Source: Gammaproteobacteria bacterium (GTDB taxonomy: Bacteria; Pseudomonadota; Gammaproteobacteria; UBA9214). Taken from it: a DNA stretch of 62,783 bases. Both the position numbers and the translations under genes were made by a program. The notes beneath the pieces were generated by a model. The model did not search any database, was not told the DNA's origin, and saw nothing but the letters and a program-made list of their open reading frames with translations. The DNA lies in the NCBI GenBank assembly GCA_029860045.1, contig JAOUBY010000004.1:1-62783 (forward strand), read 5' to 3'. Positions 1 to 10,122 of the stretch are shown here, piece by piece; the first letter of the stretch is position 1, and each line of letters begins with the position of its first letter.

Positions 1-1
1 G

Positions 2-1186
2 CGTACCCGCACCGATGCCTTTGATTTTCTCCCGCCCGTCCAGTCGCTGATCCCGCCGCGCAGCGAACACAATTTTCAACGTCGACTGGTGCTTGAGTAC
101 CTCGCCCGCAATGGCACGACACCGGCCTCCGGCCTGGAAGCGGACTGGGAGATTCTCAAGGTGTCGGGGCACGGTGGCATCGGTCACCTCGATGTGTTCG
201 AGACAGATGAAAAGGCGACGGACTGGTATGGTGCCCCGGCGCGACCGGAACTTCATGACGTCACGCAGGAGTCGGGCTTCTCGTTAAAGGATTACCTCAC
301 CTGGTTTGACCGGGATGCGGAAACCCTGATGCAGGTGATCGGGCCGACGCCAAGTGTTGGTGGTGCCATCCCGAAACTGCTGGTATCGATTCCGGATTCC
401 GGCTGGGACGGGCGCATAGGTCTGCCGGCACGCTTCGGTGCGCAGGGGCTGACCGACGTGGTGTTGAAGTTCGAGCAGCCGACGGTGTATCCCGGGCTGG
501 TCGAGCTGGAGGCGCTGGCACTGGATGTGCATCGCGAGGCCGGTTTCACGGTGCCGCGGCACTGGGTGGTCGAGTTTAACGGTGTGCCGGCGCTGGCGGT
601 GGAGCGGTTTGACCGCGACCACAACAAGAACCCGTTGTTTACCGAGTCGCTGTACTCGGTGCTGGCCTCGGGCGATGCCCGGATTACGCACAATTACAGT
701 TACAGCTATGACGAGGTGGGCCGTGCCATTGACCGTTCACCGATTGATTTTTTTACCGACCGCACATTGGCCAAGCGCCACCTGCTGGCGCGGCTGCTCA
801 TGTCGCTGCTGACCGGAAACGGCGACCTGCACCTGGAAAATCTGTCGATTGTCGGGGTGGGAGGCGAGCTGGCGTTTTCACCGGTGTATGACCCGACACC
901 AATGCGTGCCTATTCGATTCACAACCTGCTGTCAGTGATGCCGTTCGGTCGTTATGGCGAATCCGATGATGCGACCGGGTCAACGGTGGGGCTGGTCGCT
1001 GCGGTGCAGAACCTGGCGAAAAACCTCGGCATTGCGCCGGCAATGCTGGAAGAGATGACCGAAAAAGCCTTGCAGACAACAGAACATTACAGCGAGCAGC
1101 TGCGCGCGCTGGCTTCCCTGCCGGAGGCGAACAGGGAAAACCTGGTGGCGATTGTGGAGCGGGTGAGGGGGCAGTTGTCGGGATGA
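2..1186 (+). CDS. hipA: HipA-family Ser/Thr kinase toxin (type II TA), N-terminus lies upstream of window
   Basis: The reading frame is open from nt 2 with no upstream stop. The C-terminal kinase core carries the catalytic-loop motif GNGDLHLENLS and ERFDRD, typical of the HipA_C domain. The track start at 89 is only the first in-window GTG. Confidence 0.75.
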   Translation, partial: RTRTDAFDFLPPVQSLIPPRSEHNFQRRLVLEYLARNGTTPASGLEADWEILKVSGHGGIGHLDVFETDEKATDWYGAPARPELHDVTQESGFSLKDYLTWFDRDAETLMQVIGPTPSVGGAIPKLLVSIPDSGWDGRIGLPARFGAQGLTDVVLKFEQPTVYPGLVELEALALDVHREAGFTVPRHWVVEFNGVPALAVERFDRDHNKNPLFTESLYSVLASGDARITHNYSYSYDEVGRAIDRSPIDFFTDRTLAKRHLLARLLMSLLTGNGDLHLENLSIVGVGGELAFSPVYDPTPMRAYSIHNLLSVMPFGRYGESDDATGSTVGLVAAVQNLAKNLGIAPAMLEEMTEKALQTTEHYSEQLRALASLPEANRENLVAIVERVRGQLSG

Positions 1187-1195
1187 AAGAGATCA

Positions 1196-1207
1196 GTACC
1201 CATTTAT
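1196..1207 (+). repeat. GTACCCATTTAT intergenic motif, copy 1
   Basis: Exact 12-mer shared with 2778-2789. Lies 10 nt after the hipA stop. Confidence 0.45.
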
Positions 1208-1258
1208 ACTTTATCCAGATAGCGCTTGATAAGTGCTCCTGCAACAAACAGAAACACC

Positions 1259-1285
1259 TGTAGGAGCGGATCTCATCCGTGAATA
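1259..1285 (+). repeat. REP-like unit, subfamily TGTAGGRGCGGATCTCATCCGYGA
   Basis: TGTAGGAGCGGATCTCATCCGTGAATA in the hipA/DUF502 intergenic region. The internal hairpin GCGGAT-CTC-ATCCGt is imperfect. Confidence 0.6.
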
Positions 1286-1356
1286 TTTTCACGCCAGAGC
1301 CCTTTGTGCTTGATGGGTGCTCCGATAATATGGGCCAGAAAATGTATCCGGCCCGT

Positions 1357-1956
1357 TTATTTGGGGGCGGTGGCGCCGGTGACTCCGGCAGTCAGGGTGA
1401 ATCGCATTGCTTCCTCCATGTTCATGTCGACCGGTCGGATGGCGCTTCTAGGCATTAGCACAGCATAACCACCGATCATGTAACTTAGCGGCAGGTAGAC
1501 CAGGACAGTGTCTTCTTCACGGAAAACTTCAGGCAGCTTTTCCGGGTTTTCCTGGGTAACGAAGCCGATCACCTGCATGCCGGTATCACCCAGCGTGACG
1601 GCGACCACCTGGTCGAATTCCTTTTTGGTTTCCGGTGAAAAATAATTCAGGAAGTCGCGTAACGCCGGGTAGATCAATCTGACCATGGGGGTCTTGTAGA
1701 GGAGTTTTTCACCCATGGCGAACAACCTTTGCACCACGTAGGCATGCATTAGCAGTCCCACGACGAACGCGGCTACCAGCCCGGCAATGACACCCATGCC
1801 AGGCCAGTACAGGCTTTCCGGCAGCCACAGGCGTATCAAATCGCCCAACACGGCTTCAGTGGATACCGCAAACCAGTAGAGCAGGTAGATCGTGAGTATC
1901 ACGGGCAGGGTGGCCACCAGTCCGGTAAGAATATGTTTGCTTATGAATTTCACCAT
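1357..1956 (-). CDS. DUF502 family membrane protein
   Basis: 199-aa ORF with hydrophobic N-terminal helices (LTGLVATLPVILTIYLLYWF). The overall pattern is recalled as DUF502. Confidence 0.75.
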   Translation of the reverse strand: MVKFISKHILTGLVATLPVILTIYLLYWFAVSTEAVLGDLIRLWLPESLYWPGMGVIAGLVAAFVVGLLMHAYVVQRLFAMGEKLLYKTPMVRLIYPALRDFLNYFSPETKKEFDQVVAVTLGDTGMQVIGFVTQENPEKLPEVFREEDTVLVYLPLSYMIGGYAVLMPRSAIRPVDMNMEEAMRFTLTAGVTGATAPK

Positions 1957-2054
1957 CTGAACTGCCTCCAGGGTTTGTGAAAGCCAGCATACACGCAGTG
2001 AAGATAAGCTGTCAGAACACAGTTAACCCAAATATAACCAATTAATGTGCTCTG

Positions 2055-2065
2055 GTACCATTTAT
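2055..2065 (+). repeat. GTACC-ATTTAT intergenic motif, copy 2 (one C shorter)
   Basis: GGTACCATTTATCG in the divergent DUF502/DUF2058 promoter region. Confidence 0.4.
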
Positions 2066-2221
2066 CGTCGGTCGCCCGGTATTCCTCTGTATTCTGAGAA
2101 TGTGTGCGGTGCTTTTTTGCGTCCCGGTGATGACGGGTTAGAATGGAAGCATTGGTTTGCAGGATGATTGAATGGTGCGCTCGCGAGGAGCGCTGAATTT
2201 CGGAGTGTGAAGGAAAGTCCG

Positions 2222-2761
2222 ATGGCAAATTCGTTTGGTGATCAGTTTCTCAAGGCGGGCCTGGTGAGCAAGACCCAGCTCAACAAGGCGAACAAGTCGA
2301 AACACAAGCAGCAGAAACAGAAGAACAAGCAGAAGATCGAGGTGGTCGATGAGGCGGCGGTCGCCGCCCGTCAGGCAGCGGCAGAGAAAGTGGCTCGCGA
2401 CCGTGAGCTCAATCGCCAGAAAAAGGAAGAGGACGAGCGCAAGGCCGTTCGTGCACAGGTTCGTCAGCTGGTCGAATTAAACCGATTGCCGCGGGACGAT
2501 GGCGAAACGGGTTATAACTTTCAGGACGGTAAGGCGATCAAGAAAATTTTTGTCTCTGAAGAGGTTCACGAGAGGCTGGGGCGTGGACTGCTTGCCATCG
2601 TCAGGTTTGATGACGGCTACGAGGTGATTCCGTCCGTGGTGGCAGAGAAAATCAAGCTGCGTGATGAATCCTGCATTGTCAGTAATGCGGTGACTCAGCT
2701 GGAGAGTGGGGAAGATGATCCCTACGCAGATTACCAGGTTCCTGATGATTTGATGTGGTAG
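2222..2761 (+). CDS. DUF2058 family protein (Lys-rich, YaiL-like)
   Basis: ATG at 2222 is preceded by GAAGGAAAG. The N-terminus MANSFGDQFLKAGLV plus a K/Q-rich stretch and the acidic C-terminus DDPYADYQVPDDLMW are typical of DUF2058. Confidence 0.75.
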   Translation: MANSFGDQFLKAGLVSKTQLNKANKSKHKQQKQKNKQKIEVVDEAAVAARQAAAEKVARDRELNRQKKEEDERKAVRAQVRQLVELNRLPRDDGETGYNFQDGKAIKKIFVSEEVHERLGRGLLAIVRFDDGYEVIPSVVAEKIKLRDESCIVSNAVTQLESGEDDPYADYQVPDDLMW

Positions 2762-2777
2762 GGGATATGATGGTGCG

Positions 2778-2789
2778 GTACCCATTTAT
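2778..2789 (+). repeat. GTACCCATTTAT intergenic motif, copy 3
   Basis: Exact 12-mer, immediately 5' of the REP-like unit at 2792. Confidence 0.45.
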
Positions 2790-2791
2790 CC

Positions 2792-2816
2792 TGTAGGGGC
2801 GGATCTCATCCGCGAT
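2792..2816 (+). repeat. REP-like unit, subfamily TGTAGGRGCGGATCTCATCCGYGA
   Basis: TGTAGGGGCGGATCTCATCCGCGAT with a perfect internal hairpin GCGGAT-CTC-ATCCGC. Intergenic. Confidence 0.65.
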
Positions 2817-2849
2817 CTTTTTCCAATCAAACCATCTGCTAGTGTGGTT

Positions 2850-4043
2850 TTAAACAACCTGTCCTGCGCACCAGCCTGATGACCATGCCCATTGAAAGTT
2901 ATACCCGCCCAGCCAACCGGTCACATCAACCACTTCTCCGATAAAGTACAGGCCGGCGACCTTGCTGGATTCCATGGTTTTTGAAGATAACTCGTTACAG
3001 TCGACGCCACCCAGGGTGACTTCGGCGGTGCGGTAGCCTTCGGTGCCGTTGGGTTTGATTTGCCAGTATTGTAGCTGTTGTGCGATCTCTTCAAAGCGGA
3101 CATATGAAAGTTCCTGCAGTGGTTTGTCCGCGGTTTCCTGGCCTAACAGGGCGGGGACGAGTCGTTTGGGTAAGATCTCGGCTAACAGCGTTTTTAATTT
3201 GATGTTTGGTTGTGTGGCCTGTCGTGTTTTCAGGAAATCAACCAAATCGAGTTCTGGTAACAGGTTTATGTGAATCGCTTCACCCGGTAGCCAGTAAGAT
3301 GAAATCTGTAGAATGGCAGGGCCACTCAAACCCCGGTGAGTGAACAGGATGTTCTCCTTGAATTGTATGCGCATGTTACTCACGATACTTTCAACGGATA
3401 TACCTGACAGTCCTGCTAGCAGCTCCTTGTCGTGCGGTTGCAGGGTAAAGGGCACCAACCCTGCTGTGGTTGGCCAGATGTGGTGGCCGAACTGCCCGGC
3501 AACTTTATAACCTAACGGGCTGGCACACATTTTTGGTATGGATAGGCCGCCACTGGCGATGACTAATGATGTTGTCCGGAATATCCCCAGTGATGTAGTT
3601 ATAGAAAATGCATTGCTTTCCATTTTTTCTATGTTCTTAACATCGCAATCAAGTTGAATGGTTACATTCACTTTTTCGCATTCAGCGAGCAACATATCAA
3701 GAATGTCTTTGGCGCTGTCATCACAGAATAATTTACCGAGATCGCGTTCATGGTGGGGGATCTGATATTCATTCACCATGGCAATGAAATCCCACTGGGT
3801 GTAGCGACTTAGCGCGGATTTACAAAAATGGGGATTGTGGGATATGAAGTTGTTGGCGCTGATTTCAGTATTGGTAAAGTTGCAGCGGCCACCGCCGGAC
3901 ATAAGGATCTTTTTACCGGGTTTGTTGGCATGGTCGATTATGATTACTTCGCGTCCACGTTTGCCTGCTTCGATTGCGCACATCAGGCCTGCCGCGCTGG
4001 CGCCGATGATCAGGACGTCTGTTTTAGTGGGTTTGGGTGGCAT
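2850..4043 (-). CDS. NAD(P)/FAD-dependent oxidoreductase, YhiN/BaiN (HI0933-like) family
   Basis: N-terminal dinucleotide-binding motif VLIIGASAAGLMCA and GGGRCNFTN, characteristic of the HI0933 family. 397 aa. Confidence 0.85.
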   Translation of the reverse strand: MPPKPTKTDVLIIGASAAGLMCAIEAGKRGREVIIIDHANKPGKKILMSGGGRCNFTNTEISANNFISHNPHFCKSALSRYTQWDFIAMVNEYQIPHHERDLGKLFCDDSAKDILDMLLAECEKVNVTIQLDCDVKNIEKMESNAFSITTSLGIFRTTSLVIASGGLSIPKMCASPLGYKVAGQFGHHIWPTTAGLVPFTLQPHDKELLAGLSGISVESIVSNMRIQFKENILFTHRGLSGPAILQISSYWLPGEAIHINLLPELDLVDFLKTRQATQPNIKLKTLLAEILPKRLVPALLGQETADKPLQELSYVRFEEIAQQLQYWQIKPNGTEGYRTAEVTLGGVDCNELSSKTMESSKVAGLYFIGEVVDVTGWLGGYNFQWAWSSGWCAGQVV

Positions 4044-4181
4044 ACCTGTTCAAAAGAAGTTGGTGCCTGCTGGCGCCGAATGTATCAATCGATTGAGTCC
4101 GGAGTTGTGCGCATGGGTTGAAGTGGGTTTTATGGACAGTTGGGAGGCGTCTGGAGTTTGTGCAGTGTAGGCGGGGGATGT

Positions 4182-5558
4182 TTATCGCAGTTTTCGTGCC
4201 CTGAATTTTCGACCCTTTATTTTCCCTTCCGTCAGTATCTTCAAGGCCTGTTTGGCGATCGGGCGTTCGACAGCCACATAAGCAAGATTGTCGAAAATAT
4301 CAATTTTGCCAATTTGTTTGGCGGGTAGATCGGTATTTGCAGTTAATGCGCCCAGTATATCACCCGCGCGCACCTTGTTTTTACGGCCACCATTAATGGA
4401 TAGAGTAACCATCGCTGGGCTCAATCTGAAGTTCTCCCGGGTTTTCAGTGAGGTGGGCTTCTCTATTCTAACGGGGCTGTTTTGAAAGGCCTCTATCGCA
4501 CTGACCTTCTTCGCCTCCGAGGCCATGAATAAACTCAGGGCCAGGCCTTCCTTGCCGGCGCGACCGGTGCGCCCGATACGGTGAATATGTATTTCCGGAT
4601 CCGGTGACAGCTCGAAGTTAATCACGGCCTGTAAATCTTTTACATCCAGCCCGCGCGCGGCGACATCCGTTGCAACAAGAATCGAACTGCTCTTGTTGGA
4701 AAACTGCACCAACACCTGGTCACGTTCATATTGTTCAAGATCACCGTGCAAGGCCAGCGCATGGAAACCCTGTTGCCATAATTCTTCAGCCAGTTCCTTG
4801 CATTGATTCTTTCGGTTGCAAAACACCAGGCTTGATTCAGGTCGATAATGCTGTAACAGGGTAACCAATGTTTTGGTTCTTGCGCCTTTTTCTATTTCAT
4901 AGAAAACCTGTTGTATCTTTTTATTGTCGTGCAGGCTTTCCACGCGAATATCAGCTGGATCGCTCTGGATGGCATCGCTGATCTCTTGTATTTCATCCGG
5001 GTAGGTCGCGGAAAATAACAGGGTTTGCCGTTGGCGTGGCATCATATCAATAATTCGCATGATGTCTTCATGAAAACCCATGTCCAGCATGCGATCAGCC
5101 TCATCCAGCACCAGCGTTTTTAATCCATTCAGTTTTAAAGTGCCTTTTTCCAGGTGCTTTAATGTCCGTCCCGGTGTGCCGACCACGATATGCGGGTTAC
5201 GTTCCAGTGAAGCCAGTTGTGGCCCCATCGGTTTGCCGCCACACAGAGTGAGGATGTTGGTGTTGGGTATTGCGCGCGCCAGCAGGCGAAATTCCTTGCT
5301 TACCTGATCGGCCAGCTCGCGTGTTGGGCAGAGTACCAGTGCCTGGGTTTGGTACGTCTTTGTCTCAAGCTTGTGCAGTACGCCAATGGCAAATGCAGCC
5401 GTTTTCCCGCTGCCTGTTTTGGCCTGTGCCAGCAAATCCTTGCCTGTCAGGATGGTGGGCAGGCTTTGTGCCTGTATCGAGGTCATGACCTGGTAATCCA
5501 GCGACTTGATGTTGGCCAGAAGCTCGGGTGTTAAGGGCAGGGATGAGAAGGCGGTCAC
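4182..5558 (-). CDS. dbpA: ATP-dependent RNA helicase DbpA (DEAD-box)
   Basis: Q-motif, AKTGSGKT, VLDEADRM, SAT and HRIGRTGRAG motifs. The C-terminal RNA-binding extension (INGGRKNKVRAGDILGAL) is typical of DbpA. Confidence 0.85.
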   Translation of the reverse strand: MTAFSSLPLTPELLANIKSLDYQVMTSIQAQSLPTILTGKDLLAQAKTGSGKTAAFAIGVLHKLETKTYQTQALVLCPTRELADQVSKEFRLLARAIPNTNILTLCGGKPMGPQLASLERNPHIVVGTPGRTLKHLEKGTLKLNGLKTLVLDEADRMLDMGFHEDIMRIIDMMPRQRQTLLFSATYPDEIQEISDAIQSDPADIRVESLHDNKKIQQVFYEIEKGARTKTLVTLLQHYRPESSLVFCNRKNQCKELAEELWQQGFHALALHGDLEQYERDQVLVQFSNKSSSILVATDVAARGLDVKDLQAVINFELSPDPEIHIHRIGRTGRAGKEGLALSLFMASEAKKVSAIEAFQNSPVRIEKPTSLKTRENFRLSPAMVTLSINGGRKNKVRAGDILGALTANTDLPAKQIGKIDIFDNLAYVAVERPIAKQALKILTEGKIKGRKFRARKLR

Positions 5559-5624
5559 GTGGGGCAGGCTTTGTTGGCTTGGCGGAGGGGCGCATGATAG
5601 CAGATGAAGTATAAGAGGGGGTCA

Positions 5625-5636
5625 GTAACCATTTAT
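5625..5636 (+). repeat. GTAACCATTTAT intergenic motif, copy 4 (1 mismatch)
   Basis: TCAGTAACCATTTAT, compared with TCAGTACCCATTTAT at copy 1. Lies in the recQ/dbpA intergenic region. Confidence 0.4.
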
Positions 5637-5729
5637 TTCAAGGCATGTCTAACAGCCGTGCTTGTGTGATGGCCGGATCCCGGCCTTCTCGGGGATGACG
5701 TGATTTTACGACGCCGGTTCACAAACCGG

Positions 5730-7865
5730 TCAGCGCGTCATGTCTGACCTGACGCAGCGCAGTACCTCGTAGGGAAATTCACCCTCCAGCGCATCAAACA
5801 CCGGCTTGAGGCGTTTGCCGCCACCGAATTGTTCGATGGCGAAGCGGATCGCATCCAGTTGCGGCTGTTGCAGTCGCACCACTTCATTGAGTGAGACCTC
5901 ACCGCACTCGATCCCTTTGGCCAGGTGGTTGTAGATGGTGGTGGTCTTGAGGCCGCGTCGGGCTGCAATGGCATCGGTATGCATCCCGGTGCGAAACAGT
6001 TGCAGCGTCTCTTCTTCGGTATCGGTTTGCGTGCTCTCTTCCACGTCCCGGTATTCGTTCAGTACCTCGGAAAACGCCTCGCCGTAGTCGGCCAGCTTGC
6101 GCTCGCCGACACCGGAGATGTTTGACAGTTGCGCCAGGGTTTGTGGGCGGTTCTCCACCATTTCAGCAAGGGTGGCGTCATGGAAGATCATGTAGGCGGG
6201 CACGCCCTGCTCGTCGGCCAGTTGTTGGCGGCGGTCACGCAGTGCCTGCCACAGCTTGCTATTACCTGGATCGCCGAAACGGTTGGCCTTGCGTTCACGG
6301 GTCTTCGCCCTGGCCTTGCGGGTGAGTTTGCGCAGGTGCAGCAGCTGCTCACCGCGTAGTATCGGACGGCTCTGTTCAGTGAGGTGCAGGCCACCATGCC
6401 CCTCCAGGTCTACCGCCAGCAGCCCGCGGGCGATCAGTTGGCGGTAGAGGTCACGCCATTCGCTTTGCTTGTGTTCGCTGCCGATGCCATAGGTGCTCAG
6501 CTTGTCGTGACCGAAGCGACTGATGCGCTCATCTTCCTTGCCGAGTAGCACGTCGACCAGGTAGCTGACGCCAAAGCGCTGGCCGGTACGGTGTACACAG
6601 GAAAGCGCCTTCTGCGCGGCGGTGGTAGCATCCCAGGTCTCGGGTGGCTCCAGGCAGGTGTCGCAGTTACCACAGGATTTGGCCTGCTCTTCGCCGAAGT
6701 AGCGCAGCAGCGCCTGGCGACGGCAGGTTGTCAGTTCGCAGAGGCCGAGCATGGCGTCGAGCTTGTGGCGTTCAATGCGCTTGATGGCCTCGGGGGCGTC
6801 AGAGCTTGCCTGCATCTGCTTGAGGGTGATCACATCCTGCAGGCCATAGACCATCCAGGCATTGGCGGGCTGGCCGTCGCGCCCGGCGCGACCGGTCTCC
6901 TGATAGTAGGCCTCCAGGCTCTTCGGCAGATTGAGGTGGGCCACGAAGCGCACGTCGGGCTTGTCGATCCCCATGCCGAAGGCGATGGTGGCTATGATGA
7001 TCACGCCTTCCTCGCGCAGGAAGCGCTCCTGGTGCTGTTGGCGAACCGGTGCCGACAGGCCGGCGTGGTAGGGTAGTGCGGTCAACCCCTTCGATGTCAG
7101 CCAGGTGGCTACCTGTTCCACGCGCTTGCGTGACAGGCAGTAGACAATCCCGGCATCCCCCGGGTGTTCGTTGCGGATAAACCGCAGCAACTGTTCGCGG
7201 GCGTTGCCGCGGTTCTCGCTGATGCGATAGCGGATATTGGGCCGGTCGAAGCCGCTGATAAACTGCTGTGCCCCGGTCAGGTCCAGCCGTTCGATGATCT
7301 CGCGGCGGGTGGCGCTGTCGGCAGTGGCCGTCAGGGCGATGCGCGGAATGTGCGGAAAACGCTGATGCAGCACCGACAACTGCACATACTCGGGACGGAA
7401 ATCGTGTCCCCACTGGGAGACGCAGTGCGCCTCGTCAATGGCAAACAGTGAGACCGGGATGCGCTCGACAAGATCCAGCGTGCGCGCCATCATCAGCCGC
7501 TCGGGGGCGACGTAGAGCAGGTCCAGCTCGTTGCGATGCAGCGCACCCTCTACTTCACGCACTTCGTCGAAGCTGAGGGTAGAATTGAGAAAGGCAGCCC
7601 GCACCCCGTTCTGGTGCAGGGCCTCGACCTGGTCCTGCATCAGGGCGATCAGCGGCGAAACGACGATACCGACACCGTGCCGCACGATGGAGGGAATCTG
7701 GTAACAGAGTGACTTGCCGCTGCCGGTGGACATCAGCACCAGCGCATCACCGCCTGTGATCAGATGGTCGACGATCGCCTGCTGTTGCTGGCGAAAGGCT
7801 TCGTAGCCGAAGACGCTTTGCAGGATGTGATGGGCGGGGTTAGTCGTGGCGCTTGGCATGTTCAT
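5730..7865 (-). CDS. recQ: ATP-dependent DNA helicase RecQ
   Basis: 711 aa with [31 protein letters not shown], a zinc-binding Cys cluster (CRR...CGNCDTC) and a C-terminal HRDC region. Confidence 0.95.
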   Translation of the reverse strand: MNMPSATTNPAHHILQSVFGYEAFRQQQQAIVDHLITGGDALVLMSTGSGKSLCYQIPSIVRHGVGIVVSPLIALMQDQVEALHQNGVRAAFLNSTLSFDEVREVEGALHRNELDLLYVAPERLMMARTLDLVERIPVSLFAIDEAHCVSQWGHDFRPEYVQLSVLHQRFPHIPRIALTATADSATRREIIERLDLTGAQQFISGFDRPNIRYRISENRGNAREQLLRFIRNEHPGDAGIVYCLSRKRVEQVATWLTSKGLTALPYHAGLSAPVRQQHQERFLREEGVIIIATIAFGMGIDKPDVRFVAHLNLPKSLEAYYQETGRAGRDGQPANAWMVYGLQDVITLKQMQASSDAPEAIKRIERHKLDAMLGLCELTTCRRQALLRYFGEEQAKSCGNCDTCLEPPETWDATTAAQKALSCVHRTGQRFGVSYLVDVLLGKEDERISRFGHDKLSTYGIGSEHKQSEWRDLYRQLIARGLLAVDLEGHGGLHLTEQSRPILRGEQLLHLRKLTRKARAKTRERKANRFGDPGNSKLWQALRDRRQQLADEQGVPAYMIFHDATLAEMVENRPQTLAQLSNISGVGERKLADYGEAFSEVLNEYRDVEESTQTDTEEETLQLFRTGMHTDAIAARRGLKTTTIYNHLAKGIECGEVSLNEVVRLQQPQLDAIRFAIEQFGGGKRLKPVFDALEGEFPYEVLRCVRSDMTR

Positions 7866-7972
7866 CGAGGCGATGATTCTACAGTCACTCGCCCGTTGAA
7901 AGCCATGCGTTAACCGGGATAAACCCGCCTTTAACTTGATAAAATCGGTCGGAGAAAAGCGACAATTGGCAT

Positions 7973-8845
7973 ATGAATATTCTCAAGGCACATAACCTGG
8001 CTTGCCCTATTGACGGGGCGCGGCTGTTTTCGCGTGAAAAACAGCTCGTTTGTGAGAATGGACATGCCTTTGATGTCGCCCGGCAGGGCTATGTGAATTT
8101 ATTGCCCGTGCAGCACAAGCGCTCGAAGCAGCCGGGCGACAGTAAAGAGATGGTTATAGCGAGGGTCCAATTCCTGAATTCAGGCCTTTATGAACCCATT
8201 GCCAACAAGTTGGCTGAAATTGCATTTGTGCAGATTGCCGAGGGTGAAGAGGCCTGCTTTATGGATGCGGGTTGTGGTGAAGGGTATTACCTTGATTATT
8301 TGTTTAATTATCTTAAGGATAAAAAAGGCGGCGGGGCTCTCTCCTTTATTGGGCTGGATATATCGAAAGCCGCAATCGCTGAATCTGCAAGAAGAAATAA
8401 ACAGATAACCTGGCTTGTTGGTACCAACCGGCAGCCGCCGGTTGATAATGCCAGTGTTGACGTTATTCAGTGTGTGTTTGGATTCCAGAGTTTCGAAGGT
8501 TTCAATAGAGTATTAAAGCCGGGTGGAAAGGTCGTTCTTGTTGAGCCCGGGCCCGATCATTTAAAGGAATTAAGAGAAATAATTTACAGGGAAGTGATTA
8601 AGTCAGATCCGCAAGACCTTTCTTGCGCTGAAGAAATGGGCTTTTCGGTGGTGGACAGGCAGTCGCTTCGGTTCAAAACAGGGCTGATCAATCATGAGCA
8701 GATTAATAATCTGCTGCTAATGACGCCGCATTTTTACAGGGCAACCAAACAGGGCAGGGAGGCAGCGGGTAATTTGCAAGAACTGGAGTTAACCGTTGAT
8801 GTTGTTTTCAGGGTATTGGAGAAGGGTAATCAACGGAACTTATAG
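7973..8845 (+). CDS. rlmA: 23S rRNA (guanine745-N1)-methyltransferase RlmA-like
   Basis: N-terminal Zn-ribbon (CPIDG...[18 protein letters not shown]) followed by a class I SAM-methyltransferase motif (DAGCGEGYY). Confidence 0.8.
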   Translation: MNILKAHNLACPIDGARLFSREKQLVCENGHAFDVARQGYVNLLPVQHKRSKQPGDSKEMVIARVQFLNSGLYEPIANKLAEIAFVQIAEGEEACFMDAGCGEGYYLDYLFNYLKDKKGGGALSFIGLDISKAAIAESARRNKQITWLVGTNRQPPVDNASVDVIQCVFGFQSFEGFNRVLKPGGKVVLVEPGPDHLKELREIIYREVIKSDPQDLSCAEEMGFSVVDRQSLRFKTGLINHEQINNLLLMTPHFYRATKQGREAAGNLQELELTVDVVFRVLEKGNQRNL

Positions 8846-8912
8846 TAATAAGTTCTCTTTAATACGATGATAATACGGCATTGCCTGGCCAATGTTTTCA
8901 GGGGAGTGGGAT

Positions 8913-9413
8913 ATGAGTAACTTTGTGGCTATCGATTTTGAAACCGCCAACCGTAACCGTTCCAGTGCGTGCGCTGTTGGTCTGGTTCACGTCAAAGACG
9001 GGGAGATCATCGCAGAAGAGACGCTCCTGATCCGGCCGCCCCAGCGCCAGTTTGAGTTCACTCATATCCACGGCATAACGTGGGATGATGTCAAGACCGA
9101 GCTGTCTTTCGTTGAGTTATGGGGCGATATCAACGGGTTTATTTTACGGGCAGATTATCTGGCCGCGCATAATGCGTCGTTTGATCGCGGGGTGCTGCAG
9201 AGCTGCTGTGAGAACTATGGAATTCCTGCGCCATCAATCCCGTTTGTCTGTACGGTGCATCTGGCAAGGAAACAATGGGATATTTATCCGACAAAACTGC
9301 CTGATGTTTGCGACTACCTGGATATCCCGTTGAACCACCACGATGCCGCCTCGGATTCACAGGCCTGCGCACAAATTGTTATAGCAGCTGAGAATGAGGG
9401 CTGGCAGTTCTGA
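8913..9413 (+). CDS. 3'-5' exonuclease, DEDDh (DnaQ/epsilon-like) family
   Basis: ATG at 8913 lies 6 nt after GGGGAG. Contains the ExoI motif AIDFETAN, ExoII AHNASFD and ExoIII HHDAASD. Confidence 0.8.
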   Translation: MSNFVAIDFETANRNRSSACAVGLVHVKDGEIIAEETLLIRPPQRQFEFTHIHGITWDDVKTELSFVELWGDINGFILRADYLAAHNASFDRGVLQSCCENYGIPAPSIPFVCTVHLARKQWDIYPTKLPDVCDYLDIPLNHHDAASDSQACAQIVIAAENEGWQF

Positions 9414-9415
9414 AC

Positions 9416-9436
9416 AAGAGGGTGCTACCCCCTCTT
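9416..9436 (+). terminator. Stem-loop after exonuclease gene
   Basis: AAGAGGG-TGCTACC-CCCTCTT, 3 nt after the stop. No clear T-tract. Confidence 0.4.
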
Positions 9437-9544
9437 GCGGTTGCCTCCTGTTACCCGGGGATAAGGAAACACCGCGCCCGCGCCCATATTTCCTCCTGCA
9501 AGCTATACTGATAATGCTATCTCGGAAAAAAGGAGGGCGGGGAA

Positions 9545-10054
9545 ATGAGTAACACAAGAAAGCCGGTATGGTCTTTTATGCTTCTCGCACTCTGCCTGGC
9601 ATTTTCCATGCATACCATGAATATGGCCCATGCGGATGAAGCCGCTGACACCGCAAAGGTCGTCTACCATGCGGACTATGCAGACCCCCAGAGAATGAGT
9701 TCAATGCTAACCAGTATTTTCAATATGGTGACGACCTATGAAAATGAGTTTTTAGACTATGATGTCCGGATTGTATTTCTATCACATGGCATACAGTTTC
9801 TGACTCACGACAGGTTGAAGGGAACACCCTTTGAGGTCAACGATGAACAGGCGAAGCTGCGCGAGGATCTGATTACCCGGCTGACAACCCTGCACGATAT
9901 GAAAAATATCAATATCTCCCTGTGCGAGATCACGCGCACGGCGATTGGCCTGGATAAAGACATGCTGATTCCGGGCGTCACCCTTGTTACTTCCGGGGTT
10001 GTAGAGATAGCCAAATTGCAAAGCCATGGATTTTCCTACTTGAAAGTTCAGTAA
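9545..10054 (+). CDS. DsrE/DsrF-like family protein with signal peptide
   Basis: Strong SD (AAGGAGGG). N-terminal signal sequence (LLALCLAFSMHTMNMAHA). Body pattern VVYH...VFLSHG...LCEITR...VTSGVVEIAKLQSHGFSYLKV matches the DsrE-like (COG1416-type) fold as I recall it. Confidence 0.7.
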   Translation: MSNTRKPVWSFMLLALCLAFSMHTMNMAHADEAADTAKVVYHADYADPQRMSSMLTSIFNMVTTYENEFLDYDVRIVFLSHGIQFLTHDRLKGTPFEVNDEQAKLREDLITRLTTLHDMKNINISLCEITRTAIGLDKDMLIPGVTLVTSGVVEIAKLQSHGFSYLKVQ

Positions 10055-10122
10055 ATCATGGGCCAGCCCGGTCCGGCCCCGGATAAGCTGGCTGATTCGA
10101 TCACTCTATACCTGGTTTGAAT

